Shown: positions 1 to 15,017, counted from the first letter of the stretch. The stretch: DNA of 64,000 nt from Octopus sinensis (GCF_006345805.1 NC_043003.1:27218001-27282000); one strand, 5' to 3'. The notes: generated by a model from the letters alone, not told the origin. Program-made: numbers and translations.

Positions 1-55
1 GGTCGCATATCCACACTTCACACATATACAACACTTACACATACGCACATTCATA

Positions 56-97
<42 letters not shown>

Positions 98-289
98 ACA
101 TACACACACTTTTCCAGGCGTTGTGACACGTGTGTGGCCTGCTCAACATGGGATGGTACAGCAGCATATGCACATATACACATGCTTACAATAACACACA
201 CACTCACATCCAGGCTCACATACTCGTCTATACACATACGCACGCACGCGGGTACACACGCACATACACAAATTGAAAGCCGATGCAAT

Positions 290-866
290 CTTTTTGTTTG
301 TTTCAGTTATTAGGCTGCGGCCATGCTGGGACACCGCCTTGAAGAATTATTAGTCGAATAAATCGACCCCAGTACTTATTTTTTGAAAAGTCTGGTACAT
401 ATTTTATCGCTTTCTTTTGCCAAACTGCAAAGTTACGGGGACATGATCACACCAGCACATGTTGTTAAGCGGTGGCGGGGAACAAAAGCAGACACAAAGA
501 TATATATATAATATTTGCCAACTAAATGTGGCGGTCCCATAGAGGACGATGTTACTGTTGTTTTTAGCCCCAGGAAAACATCTCATCCAGCTGACTGACG
601 GCACACTCTGTCCGATTAGTATTTGCGAGGACAGGTGATCGCTCTCATCTCTAGCCTTACATGATACACACAGACCCGGGTTTCCGATTAGTTATATATA
701 TATATACGACGGGCTTCTTTCAGTTTCCGTCAACCAAATACACTCACACGGTTTTGGTCGGCCCGAGGCTATAGTAGAGGAAGTTCCATGCAGTGTGACT
801 GAACTTGGAACCCCGGAACCATGTGTTTGGGAAGCAAGCCTCTTAATACATAGCCACGCCTGCGCC
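290..866 (-). mobile_element. tRNA-derived SINE family A, with another repeat fragment nested at about 510-690
   Basis: Minus-strand head GGCGCAGGCGTGGCT...GGTTCCGGGG (A/B-box-like), body ...AAAGAAGCCCGTCG, tail ...GGCCGCAGCC. Matches the other copies in the window. Confidence 0.8.
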
Positions 867-940
867 TAAAATTAGATTTGAAAGAAATTATTTCAGTCTC
901 CCTGACTTGTGTATTTGTCTGCATCTAAATTTATTAAATT

Positions 941-1320
941 TATTAGCGAAGGCGGAGGTATTGTCTTCAGTCGTGTTTGCTTGTTCGTTTGTTTGCCCTC
1001 GGACACCGTTGACAAGATATTTCAAGAACCGTGGGATGGATTCGGATGAAACTTTCAGGGATGTCTGGCCGTGTGATTTGCACGAGCTGAATAGATATGG
1101 GGATCGATCTGGTACCGGACATGGATCCTGGATTACTTTTCCTGATTTTATTTTTTACTTAATTTTTGAGAGCGGTCGGGTTCATTTTTAGTATTCTCGT
1201 TTATGAGAGCAGCCGAGTTTATTTCAGATATTCTCATTTTAAAAATCATCTCTGGCTAATCGTTGAGGAGACGTTGGTGTTGTCTTGGCGGAGGTTTGCG
1301 CTATCTGAGCGCTCTTGTTT
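941..1320 (+). mobile_element. Non-autonomous Helentron-associated (HINE/DINE-1-like) element
   Basis: GGCGGAGGT near both ends, an internal (GTTT)n, and a 3' CTTGGCGGAGG followed by hairpin GCGCT-ATCTG-AGCGC and a T-rich end. Confidence 0.55.
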
Positions 1321-1812
1321 ATTACTGCTTCCAGTATCTTTTGATTGGCCCTGCCATATGACTGTCTCCGTCAGTAATTTGATGATTCCCATAAACCTTG
1401 ATTTATATGGTTTCCAATCCTGTTTGTTCTTGTTTTTAATGAATGACAGCAATAGATTTTATGGGGTATACTTTTGCTTTTGGGTTTAGTGTATGTATGT
1501 GAGTGTAAGCATGTGTGTGTGTGAGCGCGCGCATGTGTGGTGTATGAGTGTGTGTCTTCGCGTGTATGTGTGTAAAAGTTTGAATCCTGGATTCTCCATG
1601 ATGTCCCAGTATGTATGATCATGCGTTAGTTTTCTCTATCATATATGAATACACGATTGTATTATACACCGTTTAAAATGTACGAATATAATTTGTAATG
1701 TTGAAATCAATACTACTGTGTGCAGATAACGAAGCGGCAGTAGCCATATAAAAATCATATGGGAATATTAAATTCGTGTTCACCTCTCATACCGCCTAAT
1801 TGTATTCTTATG

Positions 1813-2196
1813 TTCTTTTATTCTTTTACTTGTCTCAGTCATTTGACTGTGGCGATACTGGAGCACCACAAATCGACTCGAGGACTTATTCTTTGTAACC
1901 CTAGTACTTATTTGATCGGTCTCTTTTGCCGAACCTCTAAGTTACGGGAACGCAAACACACCAGCACTGGTTGTCAAGCGGTCATAGTGGGGACAAACAC
2001 ACACACACACACACACACACGTGTGTGTGTGTGTGTATAATAGGACGGTCCTCTTTGAGTTTCTGTCTACCAAATCCACTCGCAAGGCTTTAGTCAGCCC
2101 GAGGATAAAGCAGAAGAAATTGCCCATGCTGCCACGCAGTGGGACTGAACCATTTGGTTTGGAGCAAGCTTCTTTCCACGCAACCACGCCTACGCC
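1813..2196 (-). mobile_element. SINE family A copy
   Basis: Full head-body-(CA)n-tail structure shared with copies at 9680, 22402, 30736 and 36520. Confidence 0.85.
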
Positions 2197-2211
2197 TATT
2201 ATATATATATA

Positions 2212-3740
<1,529 letters not shown>

Positions 3741-3776
3741 TCAAAAGAAGTGTATTTCCACGCAGAAAAAAATATA

Positions 3777-6600
3777 GGCAAATTTGTTGTTGAAAATGCA
3801 CCTTAATTGAAAAACTTGTAATTGTGTTTAAATAAATTTATTTACATATATGCCAAACTAGTTTCAACAATTGTTTATTGTTTATCAATGGTAAAAACTT
3901 AAAATTATGAATTAGAAAAACATGTTTAAATGTTTCAATCTTTACAAGTTTGAATATGAAATATGCTTTCAATGTTCGTAACAATCAATGATATAAAAAA
4001 TTTAGATCATCTTGTTTAAATCCACAAAATTCAATAATGTTATTTGTGATCGATAAAAAACGAGGATCATCAAAGTTTTGGTCAAACTGATTTAAGAGAG
4101 AGAAAAACAAGGGAGATGTGAAGATAGTTAAGAAAAAAGGGTTTTGTTTAAAGTTTCTGTGATTCTGTTTCCGTTCCAGTTGGCTGATTCTCTCAAAGCG
4201 TCATTTTGTTGTATTTGCTGAAATTCGGTTTTGATCGGAGGTAAAATTTCATTGGTCTAGAGTTAGGTGACATCAGCAACTGGTGTTTGTAAAATTTCAT
4301 TGGTATAGAGTTAGTTGACGTCAGCAACTGGTGTTTTGTATGGTGTTATTGTATGGTGATTTGGAGTTGCGGTTTCGAAACCAGTGTGGAAGACTGTTAT
4401 TAAAGTTTTTGAATTATGTCTGTTGTATCTGGTTGTTGTATTTTTGTGTGTGTGTGGTAAAACTGGATCTTTTTTCCTTTTTCATTTTAGTGTTTTTACT
4501 TCTTTCTAAAGGATATTCAGCTGCGGCTTATATTTTTAATGAACATGTTTTCCTTATTTAAATGGATTTGGGTTGAAGTGTTTCCGGTGCATCGATAGAG
4601 AAGGAAGATTTGGTATTTCGGGTTTATGTTTGCGGGGCATTGGTCTAGGTGTTTGCTTACGGGAATTTTCCTGGTCTTGGGGTCTCGGGTTTGTTGCTTG
4701 TGCACCGTTAGTCTGACTCTCAAGGTCGATCAAACTAGTTTGACTTATGTAGTCTCCACTACACCCTCCACATTTGAGAACATAGATTAAGTCCTTAGAA
4801 TCACAGGTGAAGTGATATTTTATGGTAAAAGTTTGACCTGACTTAAATTTGTATAAGAGGAAGATGCAAGTCCTGCAGTTAGAGCGGTTGCACTTTTTTC
4901 GGGGTTGTATTTTGGTGGGTAATTTGGCGCTGGTGAGTAACTTTTTTAAGGATTGCGGTTGTCTCTTGCTTTTAATAATCTATGTGCTTCTAGTGCCTTT
5001 TCCATTCGCAGGTCATTCATACATAAGATAAAAATTTAAGTGTGTCGTGGTATTTTCTTGTTTTCCGTAACTCTTGGATGTCTATCATTTTTGCACGTTC
5101 TATTCTGATTTTGATTAGACTAGCCGGGTATTTTCTATCTAGTAATGTGTTTTTAAGTTCTTGTAGTCGCTTTTCTCAGGTTTCGGGATTTGATGCAATC
5201 GTGAAAAGTCTTCTTGCTAAGTTGAACGGTATATTTATTTTAGTATATTTTAGGTGGCTGGAGGAGAATAGAAGATATTGTTTTAAGTCCGTTGGTTTGA
5301 AGAAGATGTCGGTTTCAATTTCAGTATCTCCTTTTATGATTAAGATGTCCAGGAAGAGTCGTTGTTTGTGGCAGTATTCCATTGTGAACTGGATACAGTG
5401 GTTAATGCTGTTGATTAAGTTTTTAAATTTTGAGATGTGCGCAAGGTTATGTGGCCACAGAAAGAAACAGTCACGTAAGTAGCGTTTCTAGTTGGTGAGT
5501 AAGTATTTTTGGAAGTTGTCTCCAAATTTCAGTCTAGCGTGCCCGTATATTTGGACTTCCAAGTACGTTATGACAAGGTTGGCAAAAGTAGGGGCTACCC
5601 TCGTTCCCATGGCTGTACCCAATTTTTGTCTATAAGTGTTCTCACTGAATTCTTTTTCGATTCGGTCAGAAATGTCTTTTGTGAATTTTTCGAGCCAGTA
5701 TTGTATGGCCATTATTCCGTTTTCGTGAGGAATCGAGGCGTAGAGATTTATTACATCGAATGAATGCTGATTTTGTTCGGGAGATTGTTTTTAAAAGTGC
5801 AAAACATCCCTTATAAAGCTCGGTATATGTTGGAGAATAAGTTTAAGGAGGACGTCAATAAAGTTACTGAGTCATTGTGTCTCACACGAGGGACCGGCCA
5901 CAATCGGTCACATTTTGAGATCTCTTGGGTGTGGAATATTTATCACTACAGAAGTTGATTTGTTACAGGCTTTGTTTATGGCTTTATTTTGTGGATTTTG
6001 GAAAGTCCATAAAAGTTACTGGTTTTGTAGTCAAATCTAGTCAAGTAATCTCTCTCCCTTTCCGTTAAATCTTGTTGGAACTGGTGGATAAGGGTAGAAA
6101 GTATTGTCATTATCTTGGATTGACTGTTGTTGATTTTTTCGTTCTAGGCATTGTCTTGAAGGAGGATTATGGTAGTGTTTATGTATTTTCTGAGTCCATG
6201 ATTACTACAGCACTCCCTTTATCAGCTTCTTTTATTATCATATTATGATCCTCCTTAAGATCATTAATAATTTCCCATTCTTCTCGACTTGTATTTGTTA
6301 TAAACTTTCGAAGTGAGAGTAAATTATAGGGATAACTAGATATCGAATCACAAAAGTTATCCAGAGTTTGATTTCTTCGTTTTGTCGGACAGTAGTTACT
6401 TTTTTATGAAGTATTTAGTGATCATTAGTTTCTTTATCCAATAGTTCTTCAGTGACTCGAAGTTTTCTGCAGAATTTCTGGATATCATTTTGTATATCAT
6501 TTAAGTTCGATCTTTGTGGTCTTGTGATGAATTTCAGTCCTTTTGCGAGAATTTTGACCCGATCTTCAAATTTAGATGCATTTTCAACAACAAATTTGCC
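3777..6600 (-). mobile_element. Decayed Penelope-like element (RT + GIY-YIG endonuclease, 3' pLTR)
   Basis: Frameshifted segments ILAKGLKF, ADKGSAVVIMD, QKLGTAMGTRVAPTFANL, FLDILI...DIFFKPTD..QYL.FSSSH, and an EN-like RVRLTVHKQQ...VSKHL. Confidence 0.88.
3851..3894 (-). ncRNA. Minimal type I hammerhead-like motif (U3-A8 core)
   Basis: CCA-TTGATAA-AACAAT/aaaca/ATTGTT-GAAA-CTAG-TT-TGG: 6-bp stem II, palindromic tetraloop III, 3-bp stem I. It lies in the 3' region of a Penelope-like element. Confidence 0.6.
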
Positions 6601-6720
<120 letters not shown>

Positions 6721-7497
6721 TTTTAACGTTCTAGCTCACTTCCACTGTTTACACCAGTGCTTGGAAAGAAAGTGTGTAGTGAATGATCGTCGCGATGACC
6801 ATGACAGAGAGAGTTGAGCAGAGAATCGGCATCAAATTTTGCCAAAAGCTTGGCGACACCTGCTCAGAGGCCTACGCAAAGTTTTCAAAAAATTTTCCTC
6901 GTTTTCGATACAATCAAGGAGACCTTATGCAACAGAAACCTGAGTGTCTTTTTCATCAGCTGAAAACAGTTTTGACGCAAACTTAGCAGACACGCGTCTC
7001 ATTCCCAAATCTTCGTTGATAATGGACTGAACTGAACTGTAACTAATCTGCCCGTTCTCTGATAACTCAAAGATAGTAATTCGACGATTTCCCCTCACAG
7101 CTGCACGCATATCTGCGATGTTTTTCTCAGTTCTGCTGGTTGCTGATCTCCAGAACGTTTGGCAATATCGACATTTTTCGGCCATCTTGGAAACGTCTGA
7201 ACCACTCTACGGTGTATGCAGCTCATACACTCCTCTCCGTATACTTTCTGCAACTCTGCATAGGCCTCTGAGCAGGTATCGCCATGATAACTTACTCTGT
7301 CATGGTCAATGCGACGATCGCATACTACACACCTTCCTTCCAAGCACTGCTGTAGACAGTGGAAGTGAGCTAGAACGTTAAAATTTAGGGCACAAGCACA
7401 GCAAAGTTCAATGTTAATCTTTGTCAAGCGGCTTTGCTCCGCATGCTTTAGCTTCGTTACTATAGCAACAGTCCGGATACTTATTGGCCAGACCTCG
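6721..7497 (-). mobile_element. Mariner 5'-end derivative with an inverted duplicate arm
   Basis: TA|CGAGGTCTGGCCAATAAGTATCCGGACTG TIR at 7497. Minus-strand transposase N-terminus GDTCSEAYAEL...RRITIFEL...LGMRRVSAKF. A plus-strand copy of the same 5' region (MTERVEQRIGIKFCQKLG) lies at 6721-6885. Confidence 0.8.
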
Positions 7498-8699
7498 TAT
7501 ATAAGCAAATTAATAATAACAGACGATGTCGGCTCATTACAGCTGCTTCTTATGTATTTTTTAGCAGAAGAATGTGTACATTACGTCATCATCTGTAATC
7601 ATCCGAATCTGCAATTTGTTTTTGTGTATAAATTACCAAATAATTTGCAGGCGGAAAGGTGATTTAAAGGAGAATTAACTACTGTTTCTAGCACATTGAA
7701 TGACCTTGTACCTTCCTCGTATTTACTAATAGAAAAGTATGCCATTAAAATAAATCATTTTTTACATATTATTTTTAAATTACTCTGTCACTCTAATGAA
7801 ATTACCAATGAAAAACGAAAGAGATAGAGAAATAGAGGGAGAAAGATCATATCTGTCGCTGTAAGACATTTAGAAATATTCAAATTAACTGAAAATTTTC
7901 AAATTTGGTGTATTGATGTACCTTTTCACGCTGAACCTAGGTTTCTGATTCATTTATTCCCCCCAAAAAATTAGAAAAATGTTATAGGGTCTTAAAGTTT
8001 AACTATTTTCTCCCAATCAGAAAACAGGATTTGTGTGTAATAGTTGTCATAAAATGGAAGTAAACATTAGAAGAGGTTTTAGACGAAATGAAAGCTATAC
8101 GTATACAAAGAAAGTGGGAACAATACGTGAGAAAATTAGTTCGAGTGCACATGCAGTTACTTTGTTAATGGCTCAGAAATTGTTTTTTGCAGAGCTGCTG
8201 TGATATCTAATATAAACGGTTATGAATGTGAATCTCGTTGACCATACTGGATTATATGAGCTAATGAACATGTGTTTATACAAGAACATTTAAAGTTTAT
8301 AGGGCAATTGTCAGAAAGAGAAATCTTCTGGTGCAAAACAGTTAAGGTTAAGAGGTACCTTAATTTGTACAACATTAAAATGACCGGTGAAGTTGCCAGT
8401 GTTAATACTAAGGCCTTTAGTACAATCCTGAGAAGCTGAAAAAAATATTGCTTAATATGTTTACACATCAGAACAGTTGTTGAAATTCAGCTTTTCAGAA
8501 AATTCATAACTGCTAGAAATTTTATTTTTGAGTTTTGAAATTCGGTACCAAGATTTAAGGCTTCCAGCAATCACTTTAGGTGTAAGGTTGGAAAGCAGCT
8601 GGCAAAATGGAATTGAAGTCTCTATTTGTGTATCACTCCAAAAACATAAACTTCCAAGAGCTATGTTAAATTTAATTTATCCGTGATTTGGCGTTCAAA

Positions 8700-9240
8700 T
8701 GAGAAAGCTTGGATAGCCATGAGCCTTTTTGCAAGACTGATTTCGAAACTTCACTGCACTACTGTAGGAGGGGAAAGTGCTAGGTGCAGTATGTCCAACA
8801 GAGTAATGCTTTTTTTAGACTATATATTAAGTCATCTAGTCAGCTTAAATGATCTTTCTGAGAGTGAAATATATCACCAAGGACACAACTTGATTGCTTC
8901 AACGAATGGAGTAAAATGTGGAGGATAAAGACATTCTGGATAACACAGCCGAGTCATAGAGTGGAAAGCAAACTTCAGCTCTACATAGTGCTTGGGAAAA
9001 GATATGACCAGACTATATCCAGTGTACTACATCATCTAGTTAACTTAAATTATCAATTTTCTAGCGTGAGAGTGAAATATATCACTATGAACACATCATT
9101 GCTTCAGCGAATGGATATAGAAGCGTTGGATAAACATAGTCTGAGATTTCTGGATAAAGTTTAACGTTATGGACGTGTCATGGGAGGGAAAACAAACTTC
9201 AACACTGCACGGTGCTTGGAAAAAGATATGGCCAGTCTGT
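8700..9240. repeat. Degenerate tandem repeat, period about 200-225 bp
   Basis: CATCTAGT..CTTAAAT...GAGAGTGAAATATATCAC...ATTGCTTCA.CGAATGGA at about 8833 and 9032. AAACTTCA...GTGCTTGG.AAAAGATATG at about 8970 and 9195. Confidence 0.6.
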
Positions 9241-9679
9241 ATCCATATATTCCGGTAAGTCTACAAGATACTATAACAATGACACATAAAATGTGTAAAA
9301 GACGTTGGTGATGATGCGATCGAATTTCCTGTGATCCACAGAGAAAGTTTGTTTGATGGGAACGTAATGATTTTATAAGAAAGCTGTAAATGGGTCTTAT
9401 GGAAACTCCTCCAATTCCAGTTTACGACAAAGAATATGGCTACAGGTTTGGTACATATAAAGGGAAGCATGCAACTATTTACTGCTAACGATCCTAATCG
9501 TAAATGGAAATTACTATCTGAGGTTATAGAAAACAATTTATACATACATTTTAAAAGACTCCGGAAGGCCAGAATGAGATACAAAACTAAAGATACACCA
9601 AATAAAGCCTTGCAGTTCAAAGAAAACCCCGCAGAAACCTTATGACTGTATGGCCTAACTACAAGGCTCAATTGCTGTT

Positions 9680-10055
9680 ATTCTTTTATCGGCTTGTCAT
9701 TTGACTGCGACCATGTTGGAGCAGCGCCTTTAGTCGAGCAAATCGGCCCCTGGACGTATTCTTTGTAAACCTAGTACTTATTCTAGCAGTCTCTTTTGCC
9801 GAACTGCTAAGTTACGGGGACGTAAACACACCAACATCGGTTGTCAGGCGGTGGTGAGGAGACAAACAAACACACAAACATATATACATATACGACGGGC
9901 TTCTTTCAGTTACCGTCTACCAAATTTACTCATAAGGCTTTGTTAGGCCCGAGACTATAGCTGAAGACACTTGCCCAAGGTGCCACGCAGTAGGTCTGAA
10001 CCCTGAACCATGTGGTTTGGAAGCAAGCTTCTTACCACACAGCCACGACTACACC
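9680..10055 (-). mobile_element. SINE family A copy
   Basis: Same head, body and tail as the other copies. Confidence 0.85.
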
Positions 10056-10715
10056 TATAAATATTTCAATAGGAAATATATTTACAACGCCAGCTACCAG
10101 TTTCTCTAGGCTTCAGCTTACGTTATCTCTAAATCCAACGTCATTTTCTGTTACGAAAATCTAATGGTTGTGTTTTACGATTTACATCACCTAAAGACAC
10201 TATAATGTTTCTGAGGACAATCTAAATATCTGTGATCAAAATATTTTCAATTCTGATAAACTGCATATTTCACATTTCCCTCCGATGTTGGACCCCAAAA
10301 ATGTTTATATTTTTCATTTGAACTTTACCCCAAATCCTAAATCTTTGTATCAGTGGTCTCTCTCTTTTCTTTGTTCCATACAATGATTGCCACAAATACC
10401 TAGGTATTGATAAAAATATACCATACAAACGTGCTGTGAAGAAAGATAGAATAACTAAAGAATATTATATCAAGCTAAAAAAAAAGATATATATACAGCG
10501 CATGACCTTACAGGTGGTGCTCAGTTTGAATTTTTTTCTTCTTGTCGAGTAGCCCATTTGACTCAAAAGGAAAATATTGCAGCAGGCCGCAGAATGTTTA
10601 CTCAGAAGGTATACAAGCGATGACATGATATGGTTTATTGCAAATTACACTAATTGCTCTGTAAAAAAAAAAGATGGATACGAGTACAATCGTGTATTAT
10701 ACCTAATTGATCTTG

Positions 10716-10955
<240 letters not shown>

Positions 10956-11046
10956 AGGAGTAAATGTAAGGACAAGCAAGTTAGACATGTCGAAATACAA
11001 AAATATCAAATACATTTAATACAAAAATGTACATATGTGTATATAT

Positions 11047-11918
11047 ATTACATGGAAAAATGCGAGCAATAGAAATAATATTCTTAAGATTATAGACCTG
11101 GAAAAGTACAGGAGAAGTTATTACACTTGGAAAAGTTCAAGACAAGTTATTACACCTGGTAAAGTACAGAATAAGTAATTTTTTACTTAAAATATTGCAG
11201 CTAAGGATAAAATTTCAAATAAAATATTTAGATCTAGAAAATATTCGATTTTATTAAAACTAAAAAATTTATCACAAGTTATTACTTCCATTTGTTATTA
11301 CCTATTACTTCTATTAAAAATTTAGAATAACTCAAAATATTTTGTGCACTTAAAAAATCATTTTTTAATTATTGATTAATAATTAGAAATTTGAAAATAG
11401 GTTATAAAAAAAATAATAATAGTACATAATTAGTACAATGAATAGAATAATACGAAAATTAGTGATATATTACAGTAAGATCTACCTATAACAAAAAATT
11501 CACAGTAAAATTTGCTTGAGTTATTGCCAAGTCTTTACATTGGTAGTCTTGACCCAATGCCTATTTTTTACAAAAGGAATTTGCCTACTTATATATACAA
11601 TTCTACTTTGCATAAAACTTTAGCTTTATTGGTACTTCCGACTCTCATTTTTTAAGTATTCTAATGTGTCGATATTTTGCCAAAATGATGGTACCTTTTT
11701 TAATTATAACGTTACATTGTAAATTAAAATTAAATGATTTTTAATACTCAAATTTTATCCTTAGCTGCAATATTTTAAATAAAAATTATCTTGTTCTGTA
11801 CTTTACCAGATGTAATAACTTGTCCTGAACTTTTCCAAGTGTAGTAACTTATCCTGTACTTTTCCAGGTTCATAATTTTAAGAATATTATTTCTCATGCT
11901 CGAATTTTTCCATGTAAT
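11047..11918. mobile_element. MITE/foldback element with about 170-bp TIRs containing three ~30-bp subrepeats
   Basis: ATTACATGGAAAAAT...GCAGCTAAGGATAAAATTT (11047-11216) is the reverse complement of 11752-11918. Subrepeat CTGGAAAAGTACAGGAGAAGTTATTACAC. AT-rich non-coding interior. Confidence 0.75.
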
Positions 11919-13518
11919 CCATGTTTTTTTCCAGGCTATGCTATTATGCTAATTAATAATGGGTCAATTGATAATTTAAGATTTTTCCTTATTGAAAATT
12001 GAATTTGATAAACTTTCAAAGAGCAAGAGCTACTGATATTACCCATCCACACCAAATTAATGGCAGAGAATTTTACCATCTTGAAGAGTACACCATTGCT
12101 CACCAATCGATTACAAACAACAAGACCCCAAAACCATAAGTTATCAGTTTCACGTTAAGTACCTAGATTTTGAGTTGTTGATAATAGCAATGACTGATGT
12201 TGATTTAGATCTATCAATAATGATCCAATACAACAGTAATTGAAAGCATATCAGATATACACAAGTGAAAATTACCTACGTTCCCATAAAACAAAAATTG
12301 ATATATGAAAATCCCTTCGAATAAATTTCGATATTGAATAATATGCTTAGAATATAATCACTTTATAACAATGCCTTTTCTGGACAGCCTCATTATATGC
12401 CTTCAGGTCTACCCATAGAGACATAGCCAAAAATGACTATATTCTTTCCCCAATAAAATTAGATGTGTATATCTAAAGCATATAATACATTAATGATTAA
12501 CTAAAAGAAAAAAGGAAAGCAACTAAAAAGAAATTAGCAAAAAAAGCAGAAAGCAAGTAAGGCTGAAAGAAAAAAATTGATAATAAAAATTAAACTTAAT
12601 TGCAATAGCATATTAAAAATAACTTTATTAATTAAATATTAATGTTAAAAAATAAATTGTAGAATATAAACACTTTTGACCAATGCCTTTTCTGAACAGC
12701 CATACCATATGACTTCAATACTGCCCATAGAAACACAGCCAGAAATGTTTATATTCTATCAAGTGAATTTGGAATTTTAAGGAAAATAAAGATAAAATAA
12801 GGTTAATTTTTATACATTTATTTTATAAATTTATTTTCTTGTTATTATTAATAGATTATATGCATTTTTATAAGCAAAAAATTATTGATCTCATAACAAG
12901 GAACAACAACTACAATATAATCATCTTGAATTTGCAACATGGCTCACCAAACGATAACAAATTGCAAGACACGAAAGCTTTAATTGATTAGGCTCATTTT
13001 AAGTCACATAGATCTTTGTTGCTAATTGAAAGGAGAAATAAACACTTGTGTTATGCAATAAATTTAATTTAATTAACTATGGTCAATAACATATTTATTC
13101 AAGCATATAAATAACTTCAATGCTAATAAATTTAAAATTAAAATTAAAAGTAATATAAAATATAATCACTTAAAACTGCACCTTTTCTGAACACCCTGAC
13201 TACATGATTCAGTACTGCTCATAGAGACACTGTCACGAGTAGCTATATTTTATTGAATAATTTAGGTTGTTTAAAACAAAACTTAATATGAAGTTATTTA
13301 TAAAAGCAAGTAATCCCCTCAACCCACATTCCCTAAACCCTTCATTGGAAAGCTGAAAAATTGGATTATTAAACAAACTTGCTTACTTTATTTTAAAATT
13401 GTAGTATTAAGAATCCCAATACAAAAGTAGATCGATTGTCAATGAAATTATGAATGTGAAAGATTTACGAGTGTGTAATTTTAAATTTTAATTGACATAT
13501 AAAAACAAAAAAAAATAA

Positions 13519-13955
13519 TTTGATGGGACCAAAACTATGAAATTCCTCGGGGTTTCGTTGATAATTCCTTCCTTACCTCAAAGATGCTGGTGACATATAT
13601 TAAAATTCGCTGTATATAATTATATTCATAAAAATGTATAGAACTATATTTCACTCACAAATTTGAGAAACAAACACTCATAACTTTTTGTTTTAGAACT
13701 TCATTGCATGAGATTATTAACTGATACAAAAAAAAACAAAGAAAAAGTATTTAATTTAATGGGACCAAAACTATGAAATTCCTCGCGGTGTCGTTGATAA
13801 TTTTTTCCTTACCTCAATGATGCCGGTGACATATATTAAATGTCATTTTATAAAACCATATTCATAAAAATGTATAGAACTATACTATCACCCTCAAATT
13901 TGAGAAACAAACACTCATAACTTTTTTTTCTTTTAGAACTTCATTGCGTGAGATT
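13519..13955. repeat. Diverged tandem duplication, unit about 237 bp
   Basis: ATGGGACCAAAACTATGAAATTCCTC...TTAGAACTTCATTGC.TGAGATTA occurs twice. Confidence 0.8.
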
Positions 13956-14423
13956 AATACCATGAAATTCTTCAAATTGAGCTCTATCATTTAAGCTTAA
14001 TTAAAATATAGTTTGTTAATTATACTTAGATACAATTATTTGCCTTATATTTTTTCATGATATTTTACCTCACAACTCTTTTTATACAAATTTTTGTTGC
14101 ATGTGACAAAAACTGAAATTCTGCATGCTTTCTTTTATCATTCAAATATATTTTACTTTTAAAATAAAAAAGTTATTTAGATCTAAACTTGATTGGAGCC
14201 GTTACTAACTCTCCGGTAATGTTGCTACAAATTTTGATGTAAACTTTTTTCTACTGGACCAAATCTCAATTTTCTTATGCTAAAATGTAGCTAGGGACCA
14301 GTCCTCTTCAAAAATGTTAATAGTTTTTCTTTTAGTTAAGAACTGAATTAGCGACAAGCTCTGAAAGATGCTGTGTGTGAGTAAATTGCTGCCTTAAGAA
14401 TACCGTATTTGAATAATAAATGC

Positions 14424-14757
14424 CCGACTTGCACAGAATATAAATGATATCAGGAATTAAAATGGTTGCATAAAAGTTTTACGAGTCCAACAGCTGTTTC
14501 TGGGGGCTTGGTGCCCCAAAATAATGATTGTAACTTGATTTCATCGGATAACACCAGTCTCCGTCTTCAGGAAGAATTTTATATTTGGAGTGTTGACAGA
14601 ATTCTTTCCTGAAGATGGAGGCTGGTGTTATCCGATGATGGAATCAAGTTACAGTCCTTATTTTGGACACCAACCCCCCATAAACACCTGTTGGACTCGT
14701 AAAACTCTTATTCAACCCCTTTAATTTCTGATATCATTTATATTCTGTGTACGTCGG
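14424..14757. repeat. Long imperfect palindrome (about 150-bp arms) carrying hammerhead-like motifs
   Basis: The left arm CCGACTTGCACAGAATATAAATGATATCAG...CTTCAGGAAGAATT matches the reverse complement of the right arm. Loop about 20 bp. Confidence 0.85.
14486..14573 (-). ncRNA. Type I hammerhead-like motif with a long stem II
   Basis: TTC-CTGAAGA-CGGAGACTGGTG...CACCAAGCCCCCA-GAAA-C-AGCT-GTT-GGA. Confidence 0.6.
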
Positions 14758-14920
14758 ACTTTATTATATGTATACTTATGTATAGTTTTTGTATTAAATG
14801 TATTTAATATTTTTTTCGACTTGCTTAACTTGCTTGTCCTTACATTTACTCCTCTACCTGCTCAAGTTTAAATCTATTGAGCACTACGAAGTGCATTCTA
14901 TACAGAGAATACCGGTCTCT

Positions 14921-15017
<97 letters not shown>

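Noticed and set aside
9261-9671. Overlapping ORFs on both strands, as a possible third catalytic exon
   Set aside because: No sulfotransferase or other recognisable motif.
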